A stretch of DNA of 63,726 nt, counting the filler, from Saprolegnia diclina VS20 (Eukaryota): NCBI RefSeq assembly GCF_000281045.1. It is 22 parts of 18 records of this genome, joined end to end, with 100 filler letters (N's around TTAATTAATTAA, not from the genome) between each part and the next. Parts side by side here need not be neighbours in the genome. Positions count along the whole stretch, not along the records: positions 1 to 5,412 come from NW_008246321.1; positions 5,513 to 10,716 come from NW_008246322.1; positions 10,817 to 15,821 come from NW_008246325.1; 19 more parts are not named here. One strand, written 5' to 3'. This document shows, piece by piece, positions 1 to 10,895 of the stretch. A program made the position numbers and the translations under genes. The stretch's first letter is position 1, and every line of letters starts with the position of its first letter. Under the pieces are notes generated by a model, which searched no databases, was not told the origin of the DNA, and saw nothing but the letters and a program-made list of their open reading frames with translations.

Positions 1-765
1 AGCCTCAAGTTTGAGAACGTCAGCTTCCGCTACAAGCCCAACGACCCGCTCGTGCTCAAGGACCTCAACTTTGACATTCGGTCGGGCGAGAAGATTGGCA
101 TCGTCGGGCGCACGGGCGCCGGCAAGAGCAGTTTGACCATGGCGCTCTTCCGCATCAACGAGATTGCGTCCGGCCACATGTACATGGACGGCGTCGACAC
201 CAAGAGCGTCGGCCTCAAGACGCTGCGCGAGAGCATGGCGATCATTCCGCAAAACCCGATCTTGTTCAAGGGCACGCTGCGCAACTACTTGGACCCGTTC
301 GACGACTACTCGGACGACCAGCTCTGGGACGCGCTCACAAAAGTGCGCATGCAGACGCGCGTCTCGACCGAAGAGCTCAAGCTCGAGAGTCCGATCGAAG
401 AGAACGGCGAAAACTACTCGGTCGGCGAGCGCCAAATGCTGTGCATGGCGCGCGCGCTCCTCCGCCAGAGCAAGATTGTGGTCATGGACGAAGCGACGGC
501 CGCGATCGACCACGAGACGGACCAGAATTTGCAGCAGGTGATCCGGACTGCGTTCGCCAACTCGACCGTCCTCACGGTGGCCCATCGTCTCGACACGGTG
601 CTCGACTGCGACCGCATCATGGTGTTTGACCAAGGCCGCTGCGTGCAGTGCGACACGCCGCAGTCGCTCATCGACGCCGGCGAAGGCATCTTCTTTGAAC
701 TCTGCGACGAAGGCGGGTACCTCGACCGGATCACGTCGCCCACGACGCCATCGACGGCCGAGTAG
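1..765 (+). CDS. ABCC/MRP-type ABC transporter, C-terminal NBD2 (5' partial)
   Basis: Frame open from base 1 (SLKFENVSFRYKP...); Walker A GRTGAGKSS, IIPQNPILF, signature NYSVGERQ, Walker B VVMDEATA, VAHRL; stop TAG 763-765. Confidence 0.95.
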   Translation, partial: SLKFENVSFRYKPNDPLVLKDLNFDIRSGEKIGIVGRTGAGKSSLTMALFRINEIASGHMYMDGVDTKSVGLKTLRESMAIIPQNPILFKGTLRNYLDPFDDYSDDQLWDALTKVRMQTRVSTEELKLESPIEENGENYSVGERQMLCMARALLRQSKIVVMDEATAAIDHETDQNLQQVIRTAFANSTVLTVAHRLDTVLDCDRIMVFDQGRCVQCDTPQSLIDAGEGIFFELCDEGGYLDRITSPTTPSTAE

Positions 766-976
766 AAGCTAGTGTAGTCGATGTCGATACGGAATGAAGG
801 ACGATAGATGACGTTTTCTGTACGAAGTTTATTCTCTTAGCGTTTATGGTGGGCGTGGTGGTGGTCGTGATATGAAGAGAGAGCCGCCTCGTTTGTTCCT
901 TCGATGACGCAGCGGTGCTGGCGGGCTAAGACCTCATTGGAAAGGCATGTAGAGAGTGGCTAGAGATGTGAGACGA

Positions 977-1020
977 GCCGCACTCGGTGGCCGCACTCGG
1001 TGGCCGCACTCGGTGGCCGC
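977..1020. repeat. 13-bp tandem repeat GCCGCACTCGGTG x3.4
   Basis: Read directly; mirrored near 47762-47805 in the duplicate scaffold. Confidence 0.9.
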
Positions 1021-1242
1021 TACCACGTAGCATGTCCGTGCCTCGATGTGGTCGCTAAACCAGTGGGTCGCTTGACCTAACAGTGCCAAAAACGAACTCG
1101 CCATGTGCCAAACGAGCATGGAGACAGCATGGATAGCCGTGGCGATGGAAGGGGTCGTATCGCCATATAGGTTTAGGGTCTGTCGCTAACCCTAGGCTCG
1201 ATGAACTGCATCTCCCATCGATAGCGTCGTATTGATCTCGCT

Positions 1243-2176
1243 TTACACAATGTAGCTGCCATTGCGCTGCTGAGGTAGCGTCAAAGGCTTTTGAAAATGC
1301 TCAAAGTCGAGGATCGCCTGGTCAAACGTATACGAGGTCGCGCCAAAGCTCCGGAGCTTGTAGTAGACAAAGAGCGCGCACTTGTCGCCGACGTCGCCAT
1401 AGTGGCGCCGGGTCTTGTGTCCGCAGTGGGGACACGGCAGGTACTGTCGTTTGCTCGCAGCGTTGGGGCTACTGTCATCGTTGTCTTCGCGACGGCGACG
1501 GCGAGGCTTTGCGGTGGGCACTGGCGCCACGCTCCGCGCGTACGTCGCGAGGTGCTGGGGCGTTTTGAACATGACGTCGGCCAGCTACGCACACAAGCCA
1601 TGAGCTACATGCGTAGGCAGAGAAAGCGTACTGTGATACAGCCCGTCGTCACCTCGATCTCGACACAGTCGGACAAGCGCCACGCGCGAAGCAGCGTGTT
1701 CCACTGCGTGGCCATCGCGCCAAAGTCGTCGGCCGGGCAGCGCGGCAGAAAGTGGTGGAACAGCCGCGTTTCGCTCTCGGTGCCCACGCTGCTATACGCG
1801 TCATTATCGTCGTCGGTCGTCTTGGTAGCGCAGGTCGTTATGGGTGGCGCTGTGGCGACGGCCACCTCGGGTACGTCCATGATGTAGTCGCTCCTAGAGA
1901 CATGGGCGTGAGATTGCATTGCGGCAGCCACGGCGCGGACCTCACGCGCTCCATCTGCGTCGGGCATCGTTTCTTATGGCGCCGGGCGCTGCGGCACAGG
2001 AGACACACGTTCTTCCCAGCGGCCGTGATGAGGCGCGGGCCACCGTACTTCTTGGACGACGCCAGCGGCCGCTTGGTGGGCGCCGCCTTCGTCGCTGGCA
2101 GCTTCCCCAGCGGCCGCTTGGCACGCGCAGCCGTCTTCGGTGGAAGCGTCAGCGGCAGCAGCAGCGTTGACGCCAT
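1243..2176 (-). CDS. Three-exon hypothetical basic protein (~279 aa) with two CxxC-H-C zinc-binding-like motifs
   Basis: Exons 2176-1941, 1893-1632, 1584-1243 joined by two 47-nt GT-AG introns in matching phases, fusing three separate ORF-track entries into one frame; motifs CLLCRSARRHKKRC and CPHCGHKTRRHYGDVGDKC. Confidence 0.7.
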
Positions 2177-2577
2177 CGTCCCGCGTGCTCTTGTCGGCAA
2201 TGGAATCTCGACGCTGCGCCGCCATTTCACCCAATCCAAGCGCACAAAACAGCACAAAGCCTGTCTTTTTGTCCAATCGAGTGGCCTTTCCAAAAACCTC
2301 TATTTTTCAATATCTCAATTGATATGCTGTTTCGCAGTATTGACGTTGACGGCGCTTGCCGATTTTGGCGCGCTATCAAGATCAAGCGCGGACGCCGCGG
2401 GTATCCTTCTTAGACTTAGTGCCAATCTTAGTCGTAGATGGAGTCTTCGTGGGTCTCAGCGCCAACTCTCGGTGCCATGCACAGAGCAACCGAGCGCTAT
2501 TACAGCGTTGCGTGGAGCATTGCTCGTTCACACACCTACGTAGTACGCGCTTTGTACCCATCGTCGCATACACACAT

Positions 2578-2665
2578 CCACAGCTCAGCAATTTGCTACC
2601 TGCTGATCTCCATAGCTTCAATGTGCTACCTGCTGAGCTCCACAGCTCAGCTCCACAGCTCCAGC
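2578..2665. repeat. Imperfect ~30-bp tandem repeat (CACAGCTCAGC...TGCTACCTGCTGAGCTC) in the divergent intergenic region
   Basis: TGCTACCTGCTGA occurs twice and CACAGCTC three times. Confidence 0.7.
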
Positions 2666-2970
2666 ATCGCACCAATGCATCGCTCACAGTGTACCTTTCA
2701 AGCACACTGGCAAGCACGAATCATCATCATCCTGCGACTACCGTGCAAGCGAATATGCAAATTCCCATGGGCCATCATCCACGCCGTCAGATTCACGGGC
2801 ATGCCGGCGCCGAGCCTTGTGAACCCAACGTACCCTGCCCCGTCGGCCATTTGTCGCTGTGTTGGTTGCGGAGTGATTGCTCTCGTCCGTGACTGGCTGA
2901 AATGGCTTGGCGAGATGGCCAATCACCGCGCGTTTGCATCTTATCCAGTTACTGCGCAGTCGCAAGAAGC

Positions 2971-4869
2971 ATGACCCACACCGAGCCGTGGCCACGCCGG
3001 CGCGCGACGAGCACGGGCGACGCCGCCGCCCCGTCCTTGATCCAACTTGACGCCGGCGACGAGGCGCTCTCGCTCTGGGCGACGGTGCATGCCACCGCAG
3101 CACATGGCTACGAGCGCGTCCGCGCCAGTGTCGGCCGCCAACGCGCCGCCAGCGCCAAGATGTCGGCGATGCGCGCGCTGCCACAGCACGTTGCCACGTC
3201 AGCGCGCTTCTACTATGCCAACCTTGCAGTGCTTCGGACAGAAGTGCTCTGCGGCGTCGCCGCGACGCTTCTCCAGGTGCCCGAGACGGTCGCGTTCAGC
3301 TACGTCGCCAACCTCGATCCGGTCGTCGGTCTCTACGCCACAGGCTTCTTTGGCATCCTCGTTGGGCTCTTTGGTGGTGTGCCCGCCACGATTGCCGGTG
3401 CGGCCGGCGCACTCGGCGTCGTCATGCCCACGATCACGAGCGGGACCGGCGCGCTCCGCGACCTCTCGTATGAAGCGCGCGTCGAGCATCTCTTCGTCGC
3501 CGTCTTTCTGGCCGGTCTCATGCAGCTGCTCTTTGGTATCTTTTCGCTTTCGCGCTTCTTCTCGATGATCCCGCGCACGGCGCACATTGGGTTTCTCAAT
3601 GGCCTCGCGCTCATGATGTTGCTATCTCAAAAAACCACTTTTCAGAAATGCACCAAGCCAAATTTGCTCTTTGGCGCGTGCGAACAAGCTCACGGTCTCG
3701 CTTGGATGGACGCCAGCAGTGCGACGACGTGGATGACGCTCGTGCATGTACTCGTGACGATCCTTGTCATGCACTTCTTCCCCCGGACGCCCGTCGTTGG
3801 TCGGCTCGTGCCGCCGACTCTCGTTGTCGCACTGCTCGGTGTCGGCCTCGAGTTTGGCATCAACCGCCCGCTCCTCGGATACGACGTCCGCACGATCGGC
3901 GATACGTCCAAGCTCGCGGGGGCGCTACCGACGTTTGCGATACCAGGCTTCTCGCGGGTCACGGACTGGTCGCTCGTCATCTCGGTGGCGGCGAGTCTCG
4001 CGGCGGTCGGGCTCTTTGAGTCGCTCATGACGCTCCAGGCGATTGTCGACTTGACCAAAGAGCCGCTGTCGATGGCGGCGTGCCGCGCCGAATGCATCGC
4101 GCAAGGCCTCGGCAATCTTGTGTGCGGGCTCTTCCAGGGCATGGGGGGCTGCTCCATGATTGGCCAGTCGACCGGGAATGTGCTCAACGGCGGGCGGCAC
4201 CGCGTGTCCGGTGTCGTCTGCGGTCTCGTGACCTTTATGATTCTGCTGTTTGCGAGCCCTGTTGTCGAGCGCGTGCCTGTCGCGTGTCTCACGGGCATCC
4301 TCGTCGTCATCATTGCGCACACGTTCCATTGGCCGACGTTCCGACTGCTCGTGTACCTTCCGGTCTCGGACGCCGTTGCCATTGTGCTTGTGACAGCGCT
4401 GGCAGCCGCCATCAACTTGGCCGTCGCGGTCATCGCCGGCGTCATCTGGCAAGCGCTTGTCAACGCATGGGTCGGCGGCACCTTTCTCGATGTCGAGACG
4501 CACGCCACATCGACTCGAAAGATCTATGCCCTCCGCGGCACACTGCTCTTTTCGTCTGTATCGCGCTTCCGGGACCTCCTGGAGATTGCGACCGACCCGG
4601 ACGACGTGGTCATTGACGTCGGCGGGTGCCGTTTGGCCGACTTTTCAGCGGTGGCGGCGCTCAAAGAAGCGGCGCATCGCTACCGTGACGCCGGCAAGCG
4701 CTTGGTCCTGCAACATTTGGATGCGCACGCGACAAGTCTGGTGCTGGAGCACGACTTTGGCTGGATGCGCGTTGGTGGCCACTGCGTTTTGGCACCGCCC
4801 GCGCATGTGACCGAACTCAAGAGCCCAACGACCGCCTACCATGGCCTTCCCGACGATGACCATTGTTGA
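2971..4869 (+). CDS. SulP/SLC26 anion permease with C-terminal STAS domain
   Basis: Intronless, multiple TM segments; motifs QVPETVAFS, ECIAQGLGN...GMGGCSMIGQS, and STAS-like LRGTLLFSS...DFSAVAAL; first ATG taken at 2971. Confidence 0.92.
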   Translation: MTHTEPWPRRRATSTGDAAAPSLIQLDAGDEALSLWATVHATAAHGYERVRASVGRQRAASAKMSAMRALPQHVATSARFYYANLAVLRTEVLCGVAATLLQVPETVAFSYVANLDPVVGLYATGFFGILVGLFGGVPATIAGAAGALGVVMPTITSGTGALRDLSYEARVEHLFVAVFLAGLMQLLFGIFSLSRFFSMIPRTAHIGFLNGLALMMLLSQKTTFQKCTKPNLLFGACEQAHGLAWMDASSATTWMTLVHVLVTILVMHFFPRTPVVGRLVPPTLVVALLGVGLEFGINRPLLGYDVRTIGDTSKLAGALPTFAIPGFSRVTDWSLVISVAASLAAVGLFESLMTLQAIVDLTKEPLSMAACRAECIAQGLGNLVCGLFQGMGGCSMIGQSTGNVLNGGRHRVSGVVCGLVTFMILLFASPVVERVPVACLTGILVVIIAHTFHWPTFRLLVYLPVSDAVAIVLVTALAAAINLAVAVIAGVIWQALVNAWVGGTFLDVETHATSTRKIYALRGTLLFSSVSRFRDLLEIATDPDDVVIDVGGCRLADFSAVAALKEAAHRYRDAGKRLVLQHLDAHATSLVLEHDFGWMRVGGHCVLAPPAHVTELKSPTTAYHGLPDDDHC

Positions 4870-5412
4870 CACATTAATCGACTTGTTTGAGAAAAAATGT
4901 TTTAAAACGTGCTAGGATAAAACATTGCTGGTGTTTGGGTGTAAATTCCTCCTTTTACGTTGTTCTATAGCTTAAAAATCACTAATTATGGAGTTTACAA
5001 CAACGCCTCATGAAATAACATTTGTTGCCACTCGCTGCACGAAGAAACATACCGATTCCTCCACTGTTGGAACACTGCTGAAATCAAAAGTGCTTGAGAA
5101 CTATCGCATGGCATCCTGCATGGACCTGGAGATTTCAGTACTGTTCCAAAACGCACCTCCACAAGCGTCGTCAATTGTCAATGGCCAATATTGTTCAAGG
5201 CTCGCTGGCGTTGTTTGATTGGCTCATTTCAAACAAAGCGCGAAGTCTCGACCAATCATATCCACTGCAAAGATCCAATCTGTGTTGCAGGATTCCGCGT
5301 TGCTTTACATAAACCTCAGGAACTGTGATACCAAGTGCCCTATTCCTTGGGTAAAACAAAGCAGCTACTACCATCTCACTTTTGAATTTGACTTATCATG
5401 TCCCCACCGACG

Positions 5413-5512
5413 NNNNNNNNNNNNNNNNNNNNNNNNNNNNNNNNNNNNNNNNNNNNTTAATTAATTAANNNNNNNNNNNNNNNNNNNNNNNNNNNNNNNN
5501 NNNNNNNNNNNN
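5413..5512. other. Artificial scaffold-joining spacer N44-TTAATTAATTAA-N44 (first of 21)
   Basis: Same 100-bp six-frame-stop linker starts at 5413, 10717, 15822, 18031, 19644, 21314, 23176, 25038, 26349, 31248, 33745, 34890, 39823, 40953, 43270, 48179, 49382, 51771, 56460, 61160, 62441. Confidence 0.98.
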
Positions 5513-7003
5513 GACTTTGGCGTTCGCCTCGTGGGCAAGTACGACCCGTGCTGCAACCCCCATGATCCGTCGACGCTCGTGTCGATCTACGTTGTCCGCA
5601 GTCACGGTATCAAGCACCAAGCGGGCGTTGGCAAAATCTTTGGCCAGCTTGATGGGCAGCAAACTGGGCACTTGAAAGCGTACTTGGGCTGCGAATTGAT
5701 CGCGGGCGGTGGTCACATGCACATACCCGACGTGGTTGTGCTCTGTAATGGCGCCGTGCGCATGATCGTCGAGTTTGAGCACAAGCACCGGAGCTTCCCG
5801 GTGATGGTCGATTGCTGTTGTGGCTACTTTGCCACGTACCCCTCTCTGCGCACGACGGTCGCGATCAAGCTCTTTGGCGCGCAAGGCGGCGATCCGTTCC
5901 GGTTTGGCGCGATCGCGCTGCAGTACAAGCGCGACGCTGACGGTCAGCCGCGCCTCGTGTACGCTGCGAGCATCGGCACGGCGCCGTTGACGGATCAAGC
6001 AAAAGATCGCATCCGTCGCAAGATTGGCGACGAGGCTTTCGCAGCGATACACCGATTTGAAGACGGCGTCGCGAACGAAGCGGCGCTGCAACACGTGACC
6101 TGGGCGCACCCGACCATGGATTGTCCTCAACTCTCGATCGAGGTGTCGGACCTCGAGTACTCGGACGTTCATGGCCTCCTCGCGGGCGCACCGCCGACCA
6201 ACGAGCGGCTGGTCATTGATCTCTATAAGGTCATTTTGGCTTGCTATGAAGTCAGCGACAGTGATCGAGCTCGTGACGAGCAGCTCACACGGGAGACGAC
6301 GCGTGCGACGGAGGTCCGCGCCAGTGCCGCGGCCAGCGTCGACACCGACAATGACGTCATGAACGACCGCCGCTTGGCCATGGAGGGCACTGACATGGAT
6401 GAGCCTCTGACGCCTCCCGGGTCGCAGCTTTCGATCCACGATCTCTTGTGCGTCCCGCGGTCGTTTGTGGGTGAGTACGTGCGCGTCGCCAACGAGCAGC
6501 AGGTGCTCGATGACGTGGCCAACGCCGGGGCCGCGCTCGACGAGCTCTATCGCTTCCAGACGGAGCAGAACGCTGCTTTTGAGTTGGTTTATCAGCGCGA
6601 CCCGCACGCAGTAAACGACATTGATGCGACGCTGCGCCACCTCGATACGCAGATCAACGATCAACTTGCGGCGCTTTCTCTGCTGCGCGACAAGATTCAG
6701 GTGTACGCGGCCGTGAACCACAACGTTGCGCAAGAATTCGAGATCGACGGCGTGCCCAGCCGTGCACAGATCAAGATGCATCTGTGAGTCCACCGACCAT
6801 TTTTCCATCCAGTGGTTTCTCATCCATGTGCTAGGGCGACACTCGAGACGATCCTCGTCGAGCGACTCGATTTGCTTTTGGACGGACAAAACCCGCGCGT
6901 GCAGTGCGCTGGCACAAGCTGCTGGCCTGCGTTTGCGACGGCGCTCGACGAAGGACATTGGTTCTTGCGTCAGGAGCACTGGTTGCAGCCAACACGGCAG
7001 TAG
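5513..7003 (+). CDS. Uma2-like PD-(D/E)xK nuclease-fold protein with helical/coiled-coil C-terminus (5' partial; Crinkler-type C-terminal domain candidate)
   Basis: Frame open from scaffold start; H-Q-x-G...IPDVVV...IVEFE..HRS...AIK motif order typical of Uma2; intron 6784-6834 (GTGAGT...CTAG) removes the apparent stop and extends the frame to TAG at 7003. Confidence 0.6.
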
Positions 7004-7155
7004 GCATGGGCAATGAAGATACCATGTCGTTGCCCGCTCAATTCATAAATTGATATTTTACTCGATACTTTGTCAATGTCCCTTCAGCTCGACAAGATCG
7101 CACGTTCCCAAACCCATCCGCACTAAATCGTATACACTCGTACACCGGTATAGGT

Positions 7156-7209
7156 AGCCCTAACCCTACAAGCAGCCCTAACCCTGCAAGCAGCCCTAAC
7201 CCACGAAGT
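7156..7209. repeat. 18-bp tandem repeat x3 (AGCCCTAACCCTRCAAGC) containing telomere-like CCCTAA
   Basis: Units 7156-7173, 7174-7191 and 7192-7209 (last degenerate). Confidence 0.85.
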
Positions 7210-7299
7210 GTCCAACCAAACCATTGCCGACACATCGAAATCGTTGGCAGATCCAACAGGATGCAGGCCTCTATCGCTTCGAAAGTGTACTAGTACATA

Positions 7300-10200
7300 T
7301 ATATACAGCAAGATGAAGCCAATAACCGCGAAAAAGTTGGTCCACCGGTCGTCAAACTTCATCTCGTACACCGTCTCGACATACTGGCGGACGGTGACAC
7401 GCGTGGTGCCAAACTCGACAAAGAGACTCGGGGGCACGCCTTCTTCCGGCATGATCTGGCGACCGAACTGGGTACCGTCCGTGCACTTGGCAAACGTCTC
7501 GGCGACGAGAAGCGCGACCGAGTACTTTGCTGGTATGACGTGGTGAAGCCACTTGTAGCCGGTCGGGATCTGCGATGACGGTGGGTTGTAGCCCATGAAG
7601 AGGAAGAAGAACGAGTTGAAGAGAGTGCCAATGATAGCGGCAACCTCGACACGGGGCATAGCATACGCCATCAACTGGCCAAAGTAGACGTTCATGAGCA
7701 CCAAGGACGAGACATTGAGGCCATAAAAGAGGCATGCGCCGATCGACTCGTTGAAACCGACAAACGGGTAAAAGATGACGCAAAAGACAAAAGTCGTCAC
7801 AAACACGTACGGAATCTCCACGACCGTGCCGCCGACAAGGTACCAGAGCGCGCTGTACGTCTGCGAGGCGCGTTCGCTATAGAACGACGCGCGCTTTTCT
7901 GTAGCGAGCGGAAGGACACTGTTGAACGAGATGATGCCCATAAAGAGCGACGTGAGGAAGACCATGCCGACGCCGCCCGTCGCACCAACGTACGTTGTGT
8001 AGTCGACGCCGCGGTAGACCAAGCCAAGAGAAGAGCCAAAATGATCGAGAGCATCGCGCGCGTGTAGTTGTACGACGGCGTGCGCCAGTACATGCGGAAG
8101 AAGCGCTGCGTCACCATCTTGAACTGGGTAAAAGATGACGCCGCGCGCTTACTGGCAAACGTGAGCTCGGGCAGCGACGGGTGCGGCACAGCGTGGCGCT
8201 CGAGCGCCGCCACGAGAAGACCACGCTCATGCGAGTCGTTGAAGATCTGGACATAGTCGTTGGGCGGCAAGTTGGTGCTCTTGGCTTCGACACCCGCGCC
8301 AATGACCTCGAGCATCCACGTCGCCAGGTTGGCACCCTCGACGAGCGGCGGCGTGTTGGGAATTGCCGTGAAGTAGTTGATCATGTTGATGGCGTGTGTG
8401 CCGAGGTCGCCAAAGAAGACGGTCTCGCCACCGCGCTTGAGGAGGAGGAGCGAGTCAAACATCTCAAAGACTTCGGTCGACGGCTGATGGATCTTGCAGA
8501 CCACCGTGCGGCTCGTCGAAGCAATCTTGCGGATACCCGTCATGATGATCTTGGCCGAGCGAGCGTCAAGACCGGACGTCGGCTCGTCGAGGAAAAGCAC
8601 CGACGGCGCCGCTGCGAGCTCGACACCGATCGTCAGACGCTTCATCTGCTCGACCGACGCGCCACGAATGACCATGTCGCCGAAGTTCTTCATGTCAAGG
8701 AGCTCGAGACACTCTTCCGCAAACGCCATCGTCTCCGCCGCAGGAATGTCGTCCGACTGACGGAGCATCGCGCTGAACTGGAGCGCCTCGCGGAACGTCG
8801 CTGCTTCCGAGTGAATGTCCATCTGCTCGCAGTAGCCCGTCGCACGACGCACCGCGAGGTCCGTGGCCGGGTACCCGTTGAGGAGGATCTGACCTTCGAT
8901 CTTGCCGCCCGTCTTGCGACCGGCAATGACGTCCATCAAGGTGGTCTTGCCCGCGCCCGACGAGCCCATGAGCGCCGTGATCGTGCCAGGAAGAGCGTAG
9001 CCGTTGATGCGCTTGAGCAGCTGCAAGTCGGGCTCGCCCTTGGTCGGACTGGGCACCGAGTACCAGAGGTCTTGGAAGGCCAAAACGACGGAGGGCGACA
9101 GCAAGCTTGAGCCGGCGACGCGTACCGCAACGTCTTCAGTCGCATTGGCGACATCCGTTGGTGTCTTGGGCGCCTTGACGTACCCATCACCGGCATCTTC
9201 TTCATCGTCGGCTTTGTCCCTTGCCACCGAGACGTTCTCGGGTGCGTCGTAGCGCTTGTACTCGAGCGCGATGTACGCAAGGCCAAGGAGGACGTAGATT
9301 ATTGCCGCGAGGTAGATGGCGCCGTACCAGATCCAAGCAGTGTCCGTCTGGAGACCAAACGTCTTGAGCATGACGTTGCCCATGGTGTCGCCCTTGAGCT
9401 TCATGTAGTCGACGCCCTTGTAGACCGGCACTTGGAACTCACCAGACGAGTACTGGTTAATTGAGAGGGCACGCAAACACCAGCTGAGCGGGTTGGTCCA
9501 GTAGAGTCAGATAAAGTAGTCTGGCATGATGGACGGCGCAAGGACAAAACCCGCAAACACGATGTAAAATAAGATGGAGAGCATCGCCACGGGCTTGGCA
9601 ATGTGGAGATCGGGCGAGACGACCGCGAGGAAGAAGAACCACGACGTAAGCGCCAAGTTGGTCAGAAAGAGGAGCAGCAAGTAGACGAAGAACGCGCCGA
9701 CTTCCGAGACAAAGCCCGTCATCCAATACATGATCGAGCCAAATACCAGCGTCTCACCGAGCGCAAACGGCACCTGAGTGAACGACTGCGCCAAAATGAA
9801 CGACGACGTCCGGAAAAAGTTGGCCGATCGCTGCTTGCAGAAAATGTTGCGCGCTTCCAGAGCCGCCAGCATGAGCGGCACTTGACCCATCGCAAGAAAG
9901 AGTACTGCCGAGAAGTCGACACCAAGCACAACGAATGGATTGGCCGAGTCGACTTGGTAAAACGTCGTCGAGTACAGAAGGCCCATGAACAGCACCATGA
10001 TGAAGCGGCTCTTGACGAACGCCGTGTTGCGGAGAATGACCTTCAGCTGACGCGCAATGAGCTGCTGCGTGCTCTGCACGTACGGTACTTGGTACGCCGG
10101 CATCTCGGCCATGTGCTTGGCCGCGTCCGCGAGAAGAAGCGGATGGTGCGGACCCTCGAGATAGCTCATCATCTCGTGGTAGATGGCCGACTGGCGAAAC

Positions 10201-10716
10201 ACGTCGGCGTAATCGCTGGGCGTGCGCGGTACCGACGTCGCACAGTCGACGACGTACTGGTCTTGCTGCGGCGTGCCGAGGTCGAGAAGAAAGTCGGCCC
10301 CATCGCGCTTCGGCGGGCACTTGAATCCGAGCGACTCAAAGTACTCCAAGCAGAGCGCTCGAGAGCCGTGGTACATGACGTGGCCTTCGTTGAGAAGCAT
10401 GACGTCATCAAAGAGGTTGTACAACTCGGGTGACGGCTGCAGCAACGCAATCACAATCGTCTTCTTGAGCGACTCGGCCATGCACTTTTGCGACTTGACA
10501 ATGTCGTACGCAGCCGCCGAGTCGAGACCCGTGCTGATCTCGTCCATGAACGAGACCTGCTTCATGCCAAACTCCATCTCGCCGACCGTCACGCGCTTGC
10601 GCTCACCGCCCGAGACACCGCGGAGCATGGCGTTGCCGACGATCGTGTCTTCGCAGATCTTGAGACCCATCTGCCGCGTGATAATGTCCGGGTAGACGTT
10701 GTAGAGCGACTGGATC
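7300..10716 (-). pseudogene. Full-size ABCG/PDR transporter pseudogene (5' partial)
   Basis: VSGGERKRV, MDEISTGLDS, GSSGAGKTT, LDEPTSGLD motifs; in-frame TGA at 9507-9509 (YFI*LYW), 1-nt deletion near 8027 (LFGLVY), substitutions in conserved motifs (CKIHQPS, ANLATW, FYSER); normal C-terminus missing. Confidence 0.88.
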
Positions 10717-10895
10717 NNNNNNNNNNNNNNNNNNNNNNNNNNNNNNNNNNNNNNNNNNNNTTAATTAATTAANNNNNNNNNNNNNNNNNNNNNNNNNNNN
10801 NNNNNNNNNNNNNNNNTGTGTGTCGTGTTGTGGTCGATGTTCGAGTAGACCAAAAGGTCGATTTTACTACAAACGAGTACACAATGGATGATACG

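Noticed and set aside
1168..1196. Telomere-like TTTAGGG and CTAACCCTA motifs
   Set aside because: Single isolated units in opposite orientation; not an array.
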